Positions 58,501 to 64,000 of a stretch of DNA of 64,000 nt are shown here, piece by piece. How positions within the stretch are numbered: position 1 is the first letter of the stretch; each line of letters begins with the position of its first letter. The notes under the pieces were generated by a model, which did not search any database, was not told the origin of the DNA, and saw only the letters and a list, made by a program, of their open reading frames with translations. Origin of the DNA: a virus. Taxonomy: Duplodnaviria; Caudoviricetes. The stretch covers positions 1,144 through 65,143 of IMG/VR virus record IMGVR_UViG_3300033521_000004. One strand, written 5' to 3'. The translations under genes were made by a program, and so were the position numbers.

Positions 58501-60081
58501 CTGGCCCTTGGCGCGGCCGTCGCTGTACTCTTGGCCAAAGGTCTGCACGGCCATGCCTGCCAGCGGGATTGCCTCGGCCCCTGTCTTGGCGCCAGCGATC
58601 ATGAGCGGCAACTGCTGGATGATGCTGCCGATCGCGCCCTCCAGATTGCGCTCCAGCATTGTTCCGTGGGATCCAATGGCATCTTCCTTGCCGCGCAGGA
58701 ACTCGCTCTTCTCGCGCATCGACTTATTGGCTTCGTCCAGCCCCATCACGTCGGACAGGAACTCGCCGTAACCAGTGATGGCCTTACCCATGCCAAGTCC
58801 ACCCTTGGCCAACCCGCGTGTGAGTGCGTTGTTCAGGCCTGTGTTTGGCGCATTCGGGTCGAAGGCCTGCTTGGTGTCGAAGTCGAATGTCGAGTTCTGC
58901 GCCACGCCCCGGCGCTGCGCGAAGGCAATTTCATTGCCCGGGGCCACGCCTGCTGCGGCTGCGTCTTGGCCAATGCGAGCCGCAAAGCGCGGATCTTCCC
59001 CGGCCGCTGCCAGACGGCCGGCGCGGGACTCGGCGCGGGTGTCCATGCCCAGCATGGTCTTGCCCGGGTTGCTGGCGTCAAACGCTTCGTACTGGCCGGA
59101 GCGCGAGCGGGCGAGCTGGCCAACCCAGCCGGGGATCTTGCCCATGGCCTTGCGTTGGTCTGGCGTGGCCGCGTCCCACTTGGCATTGAACTCGGCCAGC
59201 ACTTCTGGGCGCACCGGCACCTTGCTGTCGGTCGGCAGAGCCTGCGGCCCGGGTTGCCCCTCCATCACCGATTGGCGTGGAGGCGTCAAGGTATCGACGG
59301 TGTCGTCGGTCGTGGGCACGTTCTGGCCATTGTTGGCCAAGAATCGCTGGCGCAGGGCATCCTTTTGGGCGCCAGCGTGCGGTGCAATCCAGTAGTCGAA
59401 ATACGCCGCCTTGGTCTTGGCCTTGTCTTCCGCGCTTAATGCTGCGTACTCGGCCTTGGCTTCCACGTCGGCCCACTTGGGTGCCTTGCCGAGGTCGGCG
59501 CCAGTGCTGGTCTGCTGCGCAGGCGCAGCTCCAACGCGGCCAAGCACATCGCTGACGTAGCTCGAAACCCGCTTGCCGTTGCCGTCGGCTGCATCGTTCT
59601 TCCATGCGCTGCCCTGCCCCGGGTTGACGTTGCCGTCGCCGGAGAAATAGCCCGTGGCAATCTTGGCTGGGTCGTTGCCGAACTTGTCGCCCAGCGACTT
59701 GATGATGCGAATGCCGACGCGCATGTTGTCGTCGGCGTTGTTGATGTCCTCCCCGGACTTGGCGTAGCGCCGGAAGGTGTCGGGCGTGATCTGCATGCCG
59801 CCCCGGGCGCCGTCCACACTGGTGACGGCGTTGGCGCCACCACCGGATTCTTGGCCGTAGATCGCACCGATCACCGGCAGCAGATGCTCGGCACCCTCTT
59901 GCGCGGCCAAGCCTCGCAGGGATTCGGTATCGACAGGCTTGTATTCCTTGACGGGCTGCGCGGCTTTGCGCTCGCGCTCGGTCAGGAGGTCGCCAAACCC
60001 GCCGCCTCCACCGGAGGGGGCTGGAATCGAACCAGTCTTAGAAGTATTGAGAAGATCACCAAAGTTCTGATTCGATTCCAT
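46567..60081 (-). CDS. DarB-like large polyvalent ejection protein (4504 aa)
   Basis: SLT (GQES...GGMQITPDTF); N6-MTase (VLEPTAGNG, IANPPFG); Strawberry-notch-type helicase (GDQTGIGKGR, FDESHN, LGRVHRTGQ); HEILH zincin; PLMRFG domain. Confidence 0.9.
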   Translation of the reverse strand: MESNQNFGDLLNTSKTGSIPAPSGGGGGFGDLLTERERKAAQPVKEYKPVDTESLRGLAAQEGAEHLLPVIGAIYGQESGGGANAVTSVDGARGGMQITPDTFRRYAKSGEDINNADDNMRVGIRIIKSLGDKFGNDPAKIATGYFSGDGNVNPGQGSAWKNDAADGNGKRVSSYVSDVLGRVGAAPAQQTSTGADLGKAPKWADVEAKAEYAALSAEDKAKTKAAYFDYWIAPHAGAQKDALRQRFLANNGQNVPTTDDTVDTLTPPRQSVMEGQPGPQALPTDSKVPVRPEVLAEFNAKWDAATPDQRKAMGKIPGWVGQLARSRSGQYEAFDASNPGKTMLGMDTRAESRAGRLAAAGEDPRFAARIGQDAAAAGVAPGNEIAFAQRRGVAQNSTFDFDTKQAFDPNAPNTGLNNALTRGLAKGGLGMGKAITGYGEFLSDVMGLDEANKSMREKSEFLRGKEDAIGSHGTMLERNLEGAIGSIIQQLPLMIAGAKTGAEAIPLAGMAVQTFGQEYSDGRAKGQSIGEATTRAGIFAAFEVIGEKFGLGDTLKAYRAAAQGLPSDQIIKFLWSALKKEIPGEVLTTTGQFATDKFMPKGVALNPNATFEDYLKQVGDTIVQTIMQSGIQGAGTTGVGKAVEFLNQAHMPEDQFARALSGDIKSRQFTREGINEQVIRSMNPNNAITMPPPGGATQIPGRPTVTPAEEAGAPAINAPTTGAVNTPPPTETHSDQDVRDFAETRIEALQAKQAGEGDDQHATGTLTPTEQDELRQLEAAGDDVAKLRQMYGFDQTQPENSNETQQQDQTNGPALGQGAGSDTGQTAGIGQESGAGTGGAEVGAPAGQRYEGLSAQDALDPKAVLREIGRLSDEAFGGNHPSVPSISLADGTFAGSGTLNMDGNGNVVLTRVADNEDHLGKSWRQIGREELMSTSMWHGGGRGIPTSGMSGWDQSFGTTSRPDRVVGTFTIPVQDLIQAIRDGNAVLGNVGEGEIVLNPSFAKRYLSHLNGKTVTETNEQDSDIPDIGAPSNVSEEEAMRSMGFSEQEIADLLGNRNAPQAPEAPVPAVQEEARQGTGVPETDYGTLNLGQFQEQHSDPYRVPAGVLTTDLTKLTDEQVHERFGRDDLVTLAKLLNTNVSGSKADLLANIRKVQDNRSRMRNVTREQLDAMTVPELRQLVTSLGEDSRYKPKDALVDIAANWRDKSIQHTRDMVAESNHVRHVVRSVINGNQDVSDENIRRYGEELWNAVDPAKHPELYQKLLKNRATRLFVPPLDDVPSTIARLREEAQRVKDDLKAQKLDDLADALEALDNKRKAELAPPKTEKEAKERKQPDPTGGTPEEGAGGTQPPQAAPQTEAEAKKAKAQADLDAALGELGDILGKGTRMNIVPEEEHKLLPVLTKVMDAAFRLGYYKFKDAARFVLSTIREKLGKDAADQITLDHLQGAYIGMAGKYQSEGTASSKKDVVAVESLAELEQEDKPTETEPVATAIDLQYPEGRYKVAKALADDFIGGASFASIIEARKRIGELIGKKIDPGTELAKLADETIEAAVVIAARDMVEAGRKQGRSAQVIYDRLLALYNAQPNLSVRSSTSVREQAYSTPVPLAFVASELAGINNKTKVLEPTAGNGMLLIGAGIKNAVVNELNLARAAMLRQMGFDPTHKNAATENVRHSGYPVDAVIANPPFGVVKNDSGDTIVYRAEVSSTAFYQTSEIDHAIAFKALASMKDDGRAVLIVGGSNATSEEGRRGDYRGKNKRAFYFNLYQNYNVVDHFTVDGSLYAKQGASYPVDVIVIEGRGKSSRDLPAADLPKVIGSYDELKEKLNGTRSVGTEGDGSTAGTDSGTDQPGASDGAGVDRSPSGSGAGTGEQSGRSGNDASVPESGRTGTGGNRGSGTGTGTQQPQSTDKPQSGNAGEASVPGDSGRAGTGTQGRTGAGTERLGGTSVVAGERVESGLNDRRGEEQETSGQVAYAPHSQAASVGTLVPRAMAGAIEASLQKIEDTLGNLDEYVADRLGMDIETVRTNFSAEQVDALALAIKNAEEGRGFIIGDQTGIGKGRVVAAMIKYAIVNDKTPIFVTEKPNLYSDMIRDLDDIGMTDELGLDTAKPKILITNGSESIPYTLLRTVNGEVTENNLTLKAPKSGEPLNKLFRDMMEGESLGDYKVIFTTYSQLQTVKGKVTDRMKFVQQFGSSNFMIFDESHNAGGAGPQRNKARSSEQREAEGSADQTGRAAFVRGLVDRAFGTFFSSATYAKRPDVMDLYSSTNMKLAVDKLSQLAEAIKTGGVPMQQVVANMLTTDGQYIRRERTFAGVSYDTVETAVDKQTAENMAKAMRRVLAFSRAKEKAVKEIQSEMDKEGAMVKEMGGEKATIQGSNFGSVMHNLIDQMLLSLKVQDSVRHAIERLKAGEKVVMTVSNTMGSFLQTYAEEMGLNVGDPVALTFADLYQRYLEKQRWVTIKDARGQKNQRRLTDQELGPGLVNMFNEIGQEIANSGFGSAPISPIDYMHNELRKAGYKTDEITGRTITLNYSEVGVGEAREETKFSFKTLEQGEQKTEWYSAYANAKPYQMQGNDFDVGKVIADDNSGSNRAVIVGRVKESKEKNGNLYFVAKNLKTGELFVSSPPMSFPTGETAEVDKNYQSELDGFSKARGASSAGPKITSRSANIRQRVNAVRGFNNGDIDVIILNQAGSTGLSLHASSKVKDKKKRHMIIVQAEKNIDTHMQMLGRVHRTGQVIAPAYSQMMADVPAEMRPAAVLLKKMASLNANTTASRKSSVTAEGVVDFMNDYGGQVVQEYLRDNPDVLEAIGGNKIISLVEDSSEATEDDIRKFTGYVPILPIKQQEEIYKDLIDRYNELLERENTMGTNKLEAKAVDLDAETLNTRQITEDKGDPSIFAAPANMEQVNVKRTVKPYSSKEVNGLIEESLDGKSAHQIARENIEDLRDRMIPWAKERIAKMEAQPNADHLQIEAQKNLLNMILGNTKAALETYQIGMSVSIKDKLGMIVYGVITDIKPAKRTANPAAGSDWKMTIALANGDAKSLNLTFSQLGTKYQLAREDQINWFNPETQQLEYISVLAVFDKGTTARREKRWMVTGNILAGYAKFPGQIITYTRKDGTTGQGVLMNRQFDFDKEMKNQPVGIKTGAEVVKFLDNFKGTVGTEDGVLRITKQSNRYNFIVPSSKKEGGTYFLDKQFTDVLQGDFYKRGSVMVASMFYGEDAAKAIDYLITGRQETLVALTHQEQAREMLGQNKPQVLNDLKVSPSYAFAGLPDSVRVNARGKLNSLERKLDAGKITEAEYVFGVREITRMLNDQADDRKIAEVERGRRRGADWVVAQLMRGVADGLVPRNQAEFAKWLLDQNPHLANDLGYSISVKSDLTSRGNYNPISRVMKLFAANLDENGNTAVHEILHHVEQMMPHMVQGGVLREWQRQWDATYRKATPATKAAMRAMLEASMGNQEATKAVAKAFNDGTLTYDQHYQLYSPSEFWAVNATRIVSGRYEARGSWVSRAVQWLKEFYQHVKGFLGLSSDAPVLRALKAVIQGEGDLNNGMLVNMDYSQWMGEKGTEQKAEVPNPQDIMAKIKRDAAQFFGNSQSLRTFGWYDRSIATQFHKALKDNDYGKVFGYINAMQNEVSLTSIRPAELAPGILRKVDDFKSAVSTLTLGQRTHKSMQGAASALFAGTLQGATVMEGRVWTTDELRNNFGLDDAGVALYEQARAAIDASLDEVAAAEAFALCQGYVPKQARRQIIENPQHANRVLFGALSKGKKMLQTTLDAAIKSKASQERIDYLTASIAAYTDTEERLKALFGKSRDLKKAGYAPLMRFGPYSLTVQRIDPATGTLAKDPDGKSITEYYRQFETEAEAKKAEERLRIKYAGDDTIRITPGVKSNLTHELYQGLSPETLALFADEVGVDQVMKEFYKNALTERSALKRKLERKGTAGYSEDLPRILANFVTSNGRFAAQRYYMRDLNNAIKYIPNAKGDVRDEAIKLRKFMMNPNDSGAVLSSVMFAHFLGGSVAAAAMNLTQTVTMTGPYLSQFGVGTASVAMAKAVPVAMGQVQITDKDLAKALQRASREGIVEAQEIFHLYSQGAQGVSRQLANLASRVPVVGEKLKQGTEGLRARGEAFLTLWGMMFSVAEKFNRKVAFIAAWNVAIANNERNPYAFAVRAVNETQGIYNKANRPNLARPWGGRAVFTFKQYSIMYIEMQRRMWRDGGAEGKRAVALSLATLILLSGAVGAPFADDIMDLIDTIGQLFFKSDTNMKRNMRRWAHEKFGETWGDLALYGVSAKLPLDFSGRMGMGNLIPGTGALKVSEEGNLTRDLAEAGGPAGSMVESIFKAKEAYSEGNTRKALENLSPKAIKDLMAAADMASTGTAKDSKGRKNMDVTLADAAIKAVGFNPTKIADASRSRAPGMQDAALQKQMESSIVDMWARGIATQDDALSKKAAQRLEDWNKRNPDTPVKINSDQIRSAARQYLTDQNTRILKSTPRELRGRVGLDIAK

Positions 60082-60089
60082 AAGGCTTC

Positions 60090-61217
60090 TTACTGTGAAG
60101 GGATGCCGATGAGGTTGCTAATGCGCGGGTCAAGTGTGCCCGGAGCCGGGTTATTTGACGGCTCTGGTGCTTGCGACTTGCGCAGCTCGTCGTAGAGCTT
60201 TCCAGCATCGTCTGCGAGCTTCTTGGAGTCCTGACCGGGCAGCGCGTTCTTGGCCACATAGTCCATGACAAACGCGGTGCGTGTCTTCTCCTTGGAAGAG
60301 CGCACGGCTTCCCAAGCCAATTCCGGGTTGTTCTTGAACTTGGGCACCTTGGACATGAGCCATTCGGCCGACTGCACATCTGCTGGGCTGTGCATGGAAT
60401 GACGCGCACTGGGGTCGCCTTGGTGCGTTTGCGTGACCGTGCCGGTGGACTTGTTGCCGGCCCAGACGTTTCCGTAGTTGTCGTGGATGAACTGGTACTC
60501 GCCCGTCTTCATCTTGCCCAGCGCCGCTTGCATAGCTTGAACCGGCACAAACTTGGTCACGCCGTCGGACGTGGTGAAGTTGTAGCCGTCGCCTTGCGGG
60601 CCACCGCGCACCGGCGCAATGTCGGTGAATGTCTTGCCGTTGGTGTTTGGCATGATGTCGCTGACCTTGGCAATACGGTTGGCAAAATCAAGCGCACCGG
60701 CCTTATCCTGACGCGAGATGATCTGCGCCAGCGTGCCCAGCACCACGTCACTCTGGCCCTGCGCGGAAAGCTGGCCAGACACTGCGGCCTGCCGAATCTT
60801 CTCTGGCAGGTTGTCCAGATCGGCTTTGGACTGCTGCAATTGGCCTTGCAGCGTGTTGTTCGTGATGGCCTGCTTGGTCGGCAAGTTGGTCTGCTCGTTC
60901 TGCGCGTTGGAAAGACCCACGTCGGCGTTGATGTTCTTGGTCTTGATTTCCGTCGGCTGACGCGCGACCTGACCAGCCAGATCGGTTGTCTCCAAACCAA
61001 TTTTGGTCTTGGCGTTCTCGGTCTGCTGCGGCAGCAGGCTTGTATTGGCCACGTTCTGAGCGTCACGCAACTGGTAGCCGGAGCGTTCTGACTTGGTCTT
61101 GTCGTCCAGCACCGACAGTTCGGCGTCACGCTTGGCCTGCTCGTAGTCGCGCACCTTGCGGCGGTCGCCCTCCTTGAAGTATTCGTCGGCGGCAATAATC
61201 CCGAGTCCGAGGTTCAT
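60090..61217 (-). CDS. Ejection (DNA transfer) protein
   Basis: 375 aa, Gln/Asn-rich helical protein between the gp7-like gene and the giant protein. Confidence 0.6.
   Translation of the reverse strand: MNLGLGIIAADEYFKEGDRRKVRDYEQAKRDAELSVLDDKTKSERSGYQLRDAQNVANTSLLPQQTENAKTKIGLETTDLAGQVARQPTEIKTKNINADVGLSNAQNEQTNLPTKQAITNNTLQGQLQQSKADLDNLPEKIRQAAVSGQLSAQGQSDVVLGTLAQIISRQDKAGALDFANRIAKVSDIMPNTNGKTFTDIAPVRGGPQGDGYNFTTSDGVTKFVPVQAMQAALGKMKTGEYQFIHDNYGNVWAGNKSTGTVTQTHQGDPSARHSMHSPADVQSAEWLMSKVPKFKNNPELAWEAVRSSKEKTRTAFVMDYVAKNALPGQDSKKLADDAGKLYDELRKSQAPEPSNNPAPGTLDPRISNLIGIPSQ
60133..60159 (-). promoter_or_regulatory. Late promoter copy 6, upstream of the giant protein
   Basis: GTCAAATAA-N12-CACACT inside the 3' end of the 375-aa gene. 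Confidence 0.6.
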
Positions 61218-61226
61218 GATGGCTCC

Positions 61227-61928
61227 TTATAGGTCGTAGATGTAGTCGGGATTGCCTTGAACAGAGCCATTGCCACTTAAAGATCCTGCGCCGCCGGTTG
61301 GTTGGAAGTAGGCTGGGCCGGAGTGGTTGAATAGACGATCGGTTACACGTCCGATCGCACCGGCTTGCTGATTGGTTTGCTCCAAACCAAGGCGGGCCAT
61401 AGAAGCGTTGGCTGTCGCAGCCGAGTTTAGGCCGCTAGACGCAGTAGCATCCAGCCCCTTACCAACCCCCAGCGCGGCCGTCTTGCGGGCGTAGGCCGTG
61501 TCTTTGACGTTCTTGCGGGCGAGATTCTGCGCGGTGGCATCGTTGGCCGCTTGGGCCAGATCGAGGCCGACCATACTGGATTGGTAGGCCGCGCTCGACG
61601 GATCCATGCCCGGGGTGCGGGTCAGTCGGTCACGGGCCTTGCCGAACTGGCTGGCCACCGAAGCCGATGCGTCACCGGCCGCGAGCGAGTAGTTCTCCGG
61701 CGAGTCGTAGTTCTGCGCCTCTTGGACAACCTGACGCTCCAGCGGCTCGTAGATTTCCTTGTAGCGGCCCCATTGATCAGCCGCAATCTGCGTCTGCATG
61801 GCGTTGGCGTCGGCCGCTGCATTGTTTGCGCGGCCTGCACCGTGGTCGCCTATGATGGCGCTCGAAATGACGGGCGCTGCAACTGCGCCCACAAGGGCGG
61901 CGGCTCCCGCGCTAAGTCCAAAGGCCAT
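61227..61928 (-). CDS. Ejection protein (P22 gp7-like)
   Basis: Gly/Ala hydrophobic N-terminus MAFGLSAGAAALVGAVAAP, then Gln/Ala helices. Confidence 0.65.
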   Translation of the reverse strand: MAFGLSAGAAALVGAVAAPVISSAIIGDHGAGRANNAAADANAMQTQIAADQWGRYKEIYEPLERQVVQEAQNYDSPENYSLAAGDASASVASQFGKARDRLTRTPGMDPSSAAYQSSMVGLDLAQAANDATAQNLARKNVKDTAYARKTAALGVGKGLDATASSGLNSAATANASMARLGLEQTNQQAGAIGRVTDRLFNHSGPAYFQPTGGAGSLSGNGSVQGNPDYIYDL

Positions 61929-61929
61929 G

Positions 61930-62424
61930 TCAGTCTCCTTCAATCAATCCAGCGCACCACGCATCGTATTCAGCGTAGGAGCGCGTGGTCAGTTCGTCTT
62001 CCAGCACGTCAGGATCTGTCGTGTCTGTGCCGCAGATAGTGAGCCAGCGGGTATCCTCGTGCGCGTACCCTGCCCGCTTGGCCCCGGCGGGGGACTCGAA
62101 TACTTGCGGCGCCTTCAATCGTTGGATGCCGTGCTCGGTGAGAACAGAAATTTCACCAGACAGCAAGATATTGATCTGGCTGTACTTGTGAATCCGCCCG
62201 GTTAGCACCGTGTCCTTGGGGATCAGCAGCTCGCGGCAATAGACGCCACGGGAGAACCGGTGCGTTACCGGCATGTCCACTTGCGGCACGGTGGCCAGAA
62301 CGGCGTCTAGTCGCTCCAGCTTTCCGCGCCAGTCATCCCCTTGCGCCAGCGCCGAAAACGGCCCGAACGGTGCAACCGGGGCCGCGATTAGGTGGTTCAC
62401 GGGCGCAAGAAGGGTAGTCTGCAT
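61930..62424 (-). CDS. Cupin-fold protein
   Basis: HRFSRGVYCRELLIPKDTVLTGRIH...NILLSGEI...PAGAKRAGYAHED. Confidence 0.7.
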   Translation of the reverse strand: MQTTLLAPVNHLIAAPVAPFGPFSALAQGDDWRGKLERLDAVLATVPQVDMPVTHRFSRGVYCRELLIPKDTVLTGRIHKYSQINILLSGEISVLTEHGIQRLKAPQVFESPAGAKRAGYAHEDTRWLTICGTDTTDPDVLEDELTTRSYAEYDAWCAGLIEGD

Positions 62425-62430
62425 CCTTCG

Positions 62431-62457
62431 ATTCTCCCAATCGGGGGGTTATTTGAT
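62431..62457 (-). promoter_or_regulatory. Late promoter copy 7
   Basis: ATCAAATAA-N12-GAGAAT, 6 nt before the cupin ATG. Confidence 0.55.
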
Positions 62458-63287
62458 GTTGTCCAGCACCCCGAACCGCTTGCAGTCTCGGATGTAGACC
62501 ACGTCCCAATCCGAGAAAAGATCGTTCTGATCGTGGTAAATGTAGGTCTTCATGCGCAGCAGCTTGTTGCCGTCCTCGGTGTCGAAGGTCGCCGCGTAAA
62601 ACGTCGAATAGGCGCCCTGCGGCAGGGTCTTGCCGGCCCACTGCTCCACCGCCGCATGGTTCGGGTGCATGAAATACAGGCACTGGTAGCGCGTCATGTC
62701 CTCGTCACCGGGTTGGCCAAAGACGTTGACCAGCTTGCCGACGTACATGCCCTTGCCGCCAACTGGGATTGGAAGCGTGCACGCCCCGGGGCGCAAGAAC
62801 TCGTAGACCTTGTCGTACACCCAGCCCTTTTCGAGAAAGTATTTCCGGCCGGCTGCGCCCAGCTCCCCGTGATATGCCGGGTTGGCACCGAACACCACCG
62901 ACACAATCGAGTCGCCGTAGATCGAGTTGAACTGCGGCGTGGAAATCGAATACCACGACTCAGGCTTGATCGTAGGAAACCGGTGGCGCAGGATTGCAAC
63001 CTCCGCGTTGAACTCTGGTGTCCCCCGGCGGTAGGCCACGCGCTCTTCGCCGTCGCACATCATTTGCTCGATCATTCGACCCACCCTCCTTGCTGCAAGT
63101 GGGCCAACAGCCCCAGCTTTGGATCTTCACCGGCCGGGGAGTTGTAATAGCCTTCCAGCTTCTTGGTTAGCCGCTCCGAATCTGAAATCAAGACGGTGTT
63201 CGTCACTGAATAGAGCACTCCAGTCGAGCCGTCTGCCTCAACGCGCGTCGAAAGAATGGTGAATGGATCAATCATAGAAACTCCCAT
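62449..63287 (-). CDS. Two hypothetical tail-region genes: 62449-63084, 63072-63287
   Basis: Overlapping ORFs with phage-like codon usage; no motif recognised. Confidence 0.5.
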
Positions 63288-64000
63288 CCGAGATGATGAC
63301 GGCCGTTGGCGCCAGATTCAGCGTCTCATTGCTGTATGGCCACACGCCACCGACAGAACTCTTGTCGCCCAGTCCAATAATCTCGATCAGCGTCTTGGAT
63401 TCTTTTCGCCACCAGTTGCATCCAAATTCTGCTGTTACCCAACCTGCGAATATGTAACCTCCAACAGACCTTATTCCACCGCGATAGAAGGCCCAGTAGT
63501 CACTTGAGAACTCATAGGCTCTGCTAAAGCCAATACAGACCCCGTAATTGATACCGTCGCACTGCTGCTCTTCCTCGTAGAAGTGGAACTGCCTTTGCGC
63601 TTGGGCAATCGACGGATAGAAGAAGATCGGCTTGGTGGCTCCGGTTGTCACCGGGTAGGTGTTCTCGTTGTTCGGGCCAAGGTAATCTGCCGCCGGCCCG
63701 CCGCAGAACCGGGCGGTCAGAGTTGGTGGGGTTACCGTCAGCGGGTTCGAGGGCGGCGCCACCTGAATACCACCGGTCACGATCAGCGGGTTGAATCTGC
63801 TGTCAAAGGACGGCGTGTTGTCGTCGCGCATGACTTGCATGCCGTAGTCGGTAGTTGGCGGGTTAATCATCCCGCGCGGGTCACAGAAGACGTAGACCTC
63901 TGGAATAGTGGCGCTGACTCCAGAACGCAGCACTTCGATTTCCCAGACCGTTGCCGAGACGTTGCGGATTGCCACGATGCCGTACCGGTCTGCCGTTGGC
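63268..64000 (-). CDS. Tail-associated protein, 5' end outside the window
   Basis: Frame is open to 64000 (PTADRYGIVAIRNVSATVWE...); YGMQVMRDDNTPSFDSRF motif. Confidence 0.6.
   Translation of the reverse strand, partial: PTADRYGIVAIRNVSATVWEIEVLRSGVSATIPEVYVFCDPRGMINPPTTDYGMQVMRDDNTPSFDSRFNPLIVTGGIQVAPPSNPLTVTPPTLTARFCGGPAADYLGPNNENTYPVTTGATKPIFFYPSIAQAQRQFHFYEEEQQCDGINYGVCIGFSRAYEFSSDYWAFYRGGIRSVGGYIFAGWVTAEFGCNWWRKESKTLIEIIGLGDKSSVGGVWPYSNETLNLAPTAVIISDGSFYD

Noticed and set aside
1-64000. Window equals the complete circular genome
   Set aside because: The gene cut at position 1 and the gene cut at 64000 are different proteins (the one at 1-566 has its own start, the one at 63268-64000 looks unrelated), so intervening sequence is probably missing.

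Overview
The window is about 64 kb of a temperate podovirus genome, Bcep22/Lessievirus-like in layout. A betaproteobacterial host is inferred from the tRNA-Val attachment core. Both window edges fall inside tail genes. The integrase, an intact attP (3' 51 nt of tRNA-Val-GAC) and phage genes on both sides show that this is the free or excised form. Minus strand 1-26.2 kb is the late operon: holin, SAR endolysin, nested spanins, TerS/TerL, portal, a head-fibre/spike module, scaffold, N4-gp56-type capsid, adaptors, tail fibre with S74 chaperone, gp38-like adhesin and nozzle. A likely origin with TGTTCC/GGAACA repeats and IHF sites lies at 27.4-27.7 kb. It is followed by about 18 small early genes, a primase-polymerase/helicase, a cro/cI switch, a recombination-replication operon, xis/int/attP, and a 4504-aa DarB-like polyvalent ejection protein with other ejection genes. 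The main unexplained signals: (1) a 7-copy promoter architecture RTCAAATAR-N12-nAnnnT in front of the late gene blocks; (2) a translationally coupled Tad2-like plus Gp49/Acb4-like pair of candidate nucleotide-signal sponges; (3) a CI whose S24 catalytic residues appear lost; (4) an ART-like and other extra domains in the giant protein; (5) a loop-E-type structured RNA candidate; (6) an HNH nuclease with a signal peptide inside a GTA-like head-spike module. All family assignments come from motif recognition by eye; no searches were run.
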